Origin: Mobula birostris | Lineage: Eukaryota | DNA length: 64,000 nt | Direction of reading: 5' to 3' | NCBI RefSeq assembly: GCF_030028105.1 | Contig: NC_092370.1 | Location: forward strand, 139,849,522 to 139,913,521 | Shown: piece by piece, positions 62,862 to 64,000 of the stretch | Layout of the letters: the number at the start of each line of letters is the position of its first letter | Numbering within the stretch: the first letter of the stretch is position 1 | Translations under genes and position numbers: made by a program | The notes under the pieces: generated by a model | What the model was told of the DNA's origin: nothing | Seen by the model: only the letters and a program-made list of their open reading frames with translations | Database searches by the model: none

Positions 62862-63058
62862 ATGTACAATGAAAATTTGTTTTTTTTATGGAGTGGTATT
62901 TTAACATTTGTAACACTCCTACTGTACATTAGTTTGTAAAGTGCTGAAAGATAAGACTGTATATATTGTGTATGTTGTAACTTTTATACCTTTGTATTTT
63001 GTTTGTATAAGTTGTTAATTGTTAAAAGTTTGTTCCTTAAGAGACCAAAATTTTTTTT

Positions 63059-63067
63059 GGAGGGAGG
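63059..63067 (+). promoter_or_regulatory. Polypurine tract
   Basis: GGAGGGAGG directly before the 3' LTR, preceded by a T run. Confidence 0.8.
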
Positions 63068-63947
63068 TGTTACATGCCTCGAGATCTGTGATTTTTTTTT
63101 GTGCGAATGATGTAATGGTCTTTTGAAGGTCACCTGATGTAATTTTCCTGCCGATGTGAGGTCACGTGATGACATGGGCACCACGGGTATATAAGGGTAG
63201 ACCCCAGATGACGCAGTTAGTTTTTAGTTTTTAGATTTCCAGGTAGAATGTGCTCTGTCTCCGTTTCTGTTGCGTGTTTGTTTTTGTGACGCAGTTTCAT
63301 TTTTGAAATGGTTGTGCATTCTGTTGCAAGATACAATATTATTGGACTGGAATTTTTTGGCTAGATATGCTGATTTACCCTATTCCAGCAGTAGAAGGGA
63401 GAGTGAAGACTTTATTGAAGTACAGGATTGAAGGATTGAGAGGGGTCAGTATCATTCAGCAGTTTAACAAAGGATCGACCTTATTGAGGTTTCATTGAAG
63501 GAAAAGCGACCTACGTCAAAGATAACTCTTGCCAAAAGAGGAAAAGAGTTCATGCAAATGTTTGCTCTCTCTAAAAGATTTTAGATCAGTTGTTTTAAAC
63601 TGTTTATTTACTGCATTGTGAATCCTTTGGACAGAACCAGCAGGAAAGTCGTGTCTATGAAGAAATCCTTCCCAAGAGAAGTCTCTCCCAATTGGATGTA
63701 TAAATCTCTTGGACTTTAGAATTTACCATTTTAAGAACTACATCTGACTTTATCGTTTTAAGAACTGTTTTCACATTTAACGCTTTAAGAACCAGTGCCA
63801 AGTGATGATTTGTTGAACGGCTGCATAAAGGTTAACTTCCGGTTAAAGTTTTTGTTTGTTTTTTTATCCTTTATCCGTGTTTAATAAATGTTTGTTTTTT
63901 TTTATAATCTGTCCCGATTGATATTCATTGTTGCCGGTTACGTAACA
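63068..63947 (+). repeat. 3' LTR
   Basis: Direct repeat of the 5' LTR; followed by TSD GTAT. Confidence 0.96.
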
Positions 63948-64000
63948 GTATACATACTTTAATGGGAGTCCTTGATAATGGATGGTGCTTTGTTGTGGCA

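Larger units (their letters stand above)
57316..63947 (+). mobile_element. Full-length Gmr1-like Gypsy LTR retrotransposon (gag-PR-IN-RT-RH), inactivated
   Basis: Two ~880-bp LTRs with TGTTAC...GTAACA termini; TSD GTAT at 57312-57315 and 63948-63951; primer-binding site, polypurine tract and all pol domains present. Confidence 0.96.

Noticed and set aside
62861-63058. env gene / endogenous retrovirus interpretation
   Set aside because: Only ~200 nt between pol and the polypurine tract; domain order and RT motifs are Gmr1/Gypsy.

Overview
Repeat-saturated, apparently non-genic (intergenic or intronic) vertebrate DNA. The repeat mix (CR1, Rex1/Babar, Penelope, V-SINEs, Tc1 remnants) suggests a cartilaginous fish, probably a ray; this is inference. 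No intact host gene was recognised, and the ORFs I could identify are decayed transposon sequence or its antisense. Main elements: (1) a complete Gmr1-type Gypsy LTR retrotransposon (57316-63947) with paired LTRs, a GTAT target-site duplication (TSD), a SCAN-like Gag and integrase placed before RT; (2) a decayed Bel/Pao element (~22017-29065) split by nested LINEs; (3) an AT-rich R4/Dong-like element inserted in a TTA-rich tract; (4) many CR1 and Rex1/Babar fragments. The most notable signal is two families of Penelope-like termini carrying minimal type I hammerhead ribozyme motifs. These termini also form four fold-back (palindromic) inserts of 0.14-1.2 kb, three with clear 11-14 bp TSDs. Two short RTE-like non-autonomous inserts with structured 5' ends and TSDs are also present. 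A 613-nt assembly gap lies at 16632-17244. Family names come from motif recognition, not database searches, and boundaries without TSDs are approximate.
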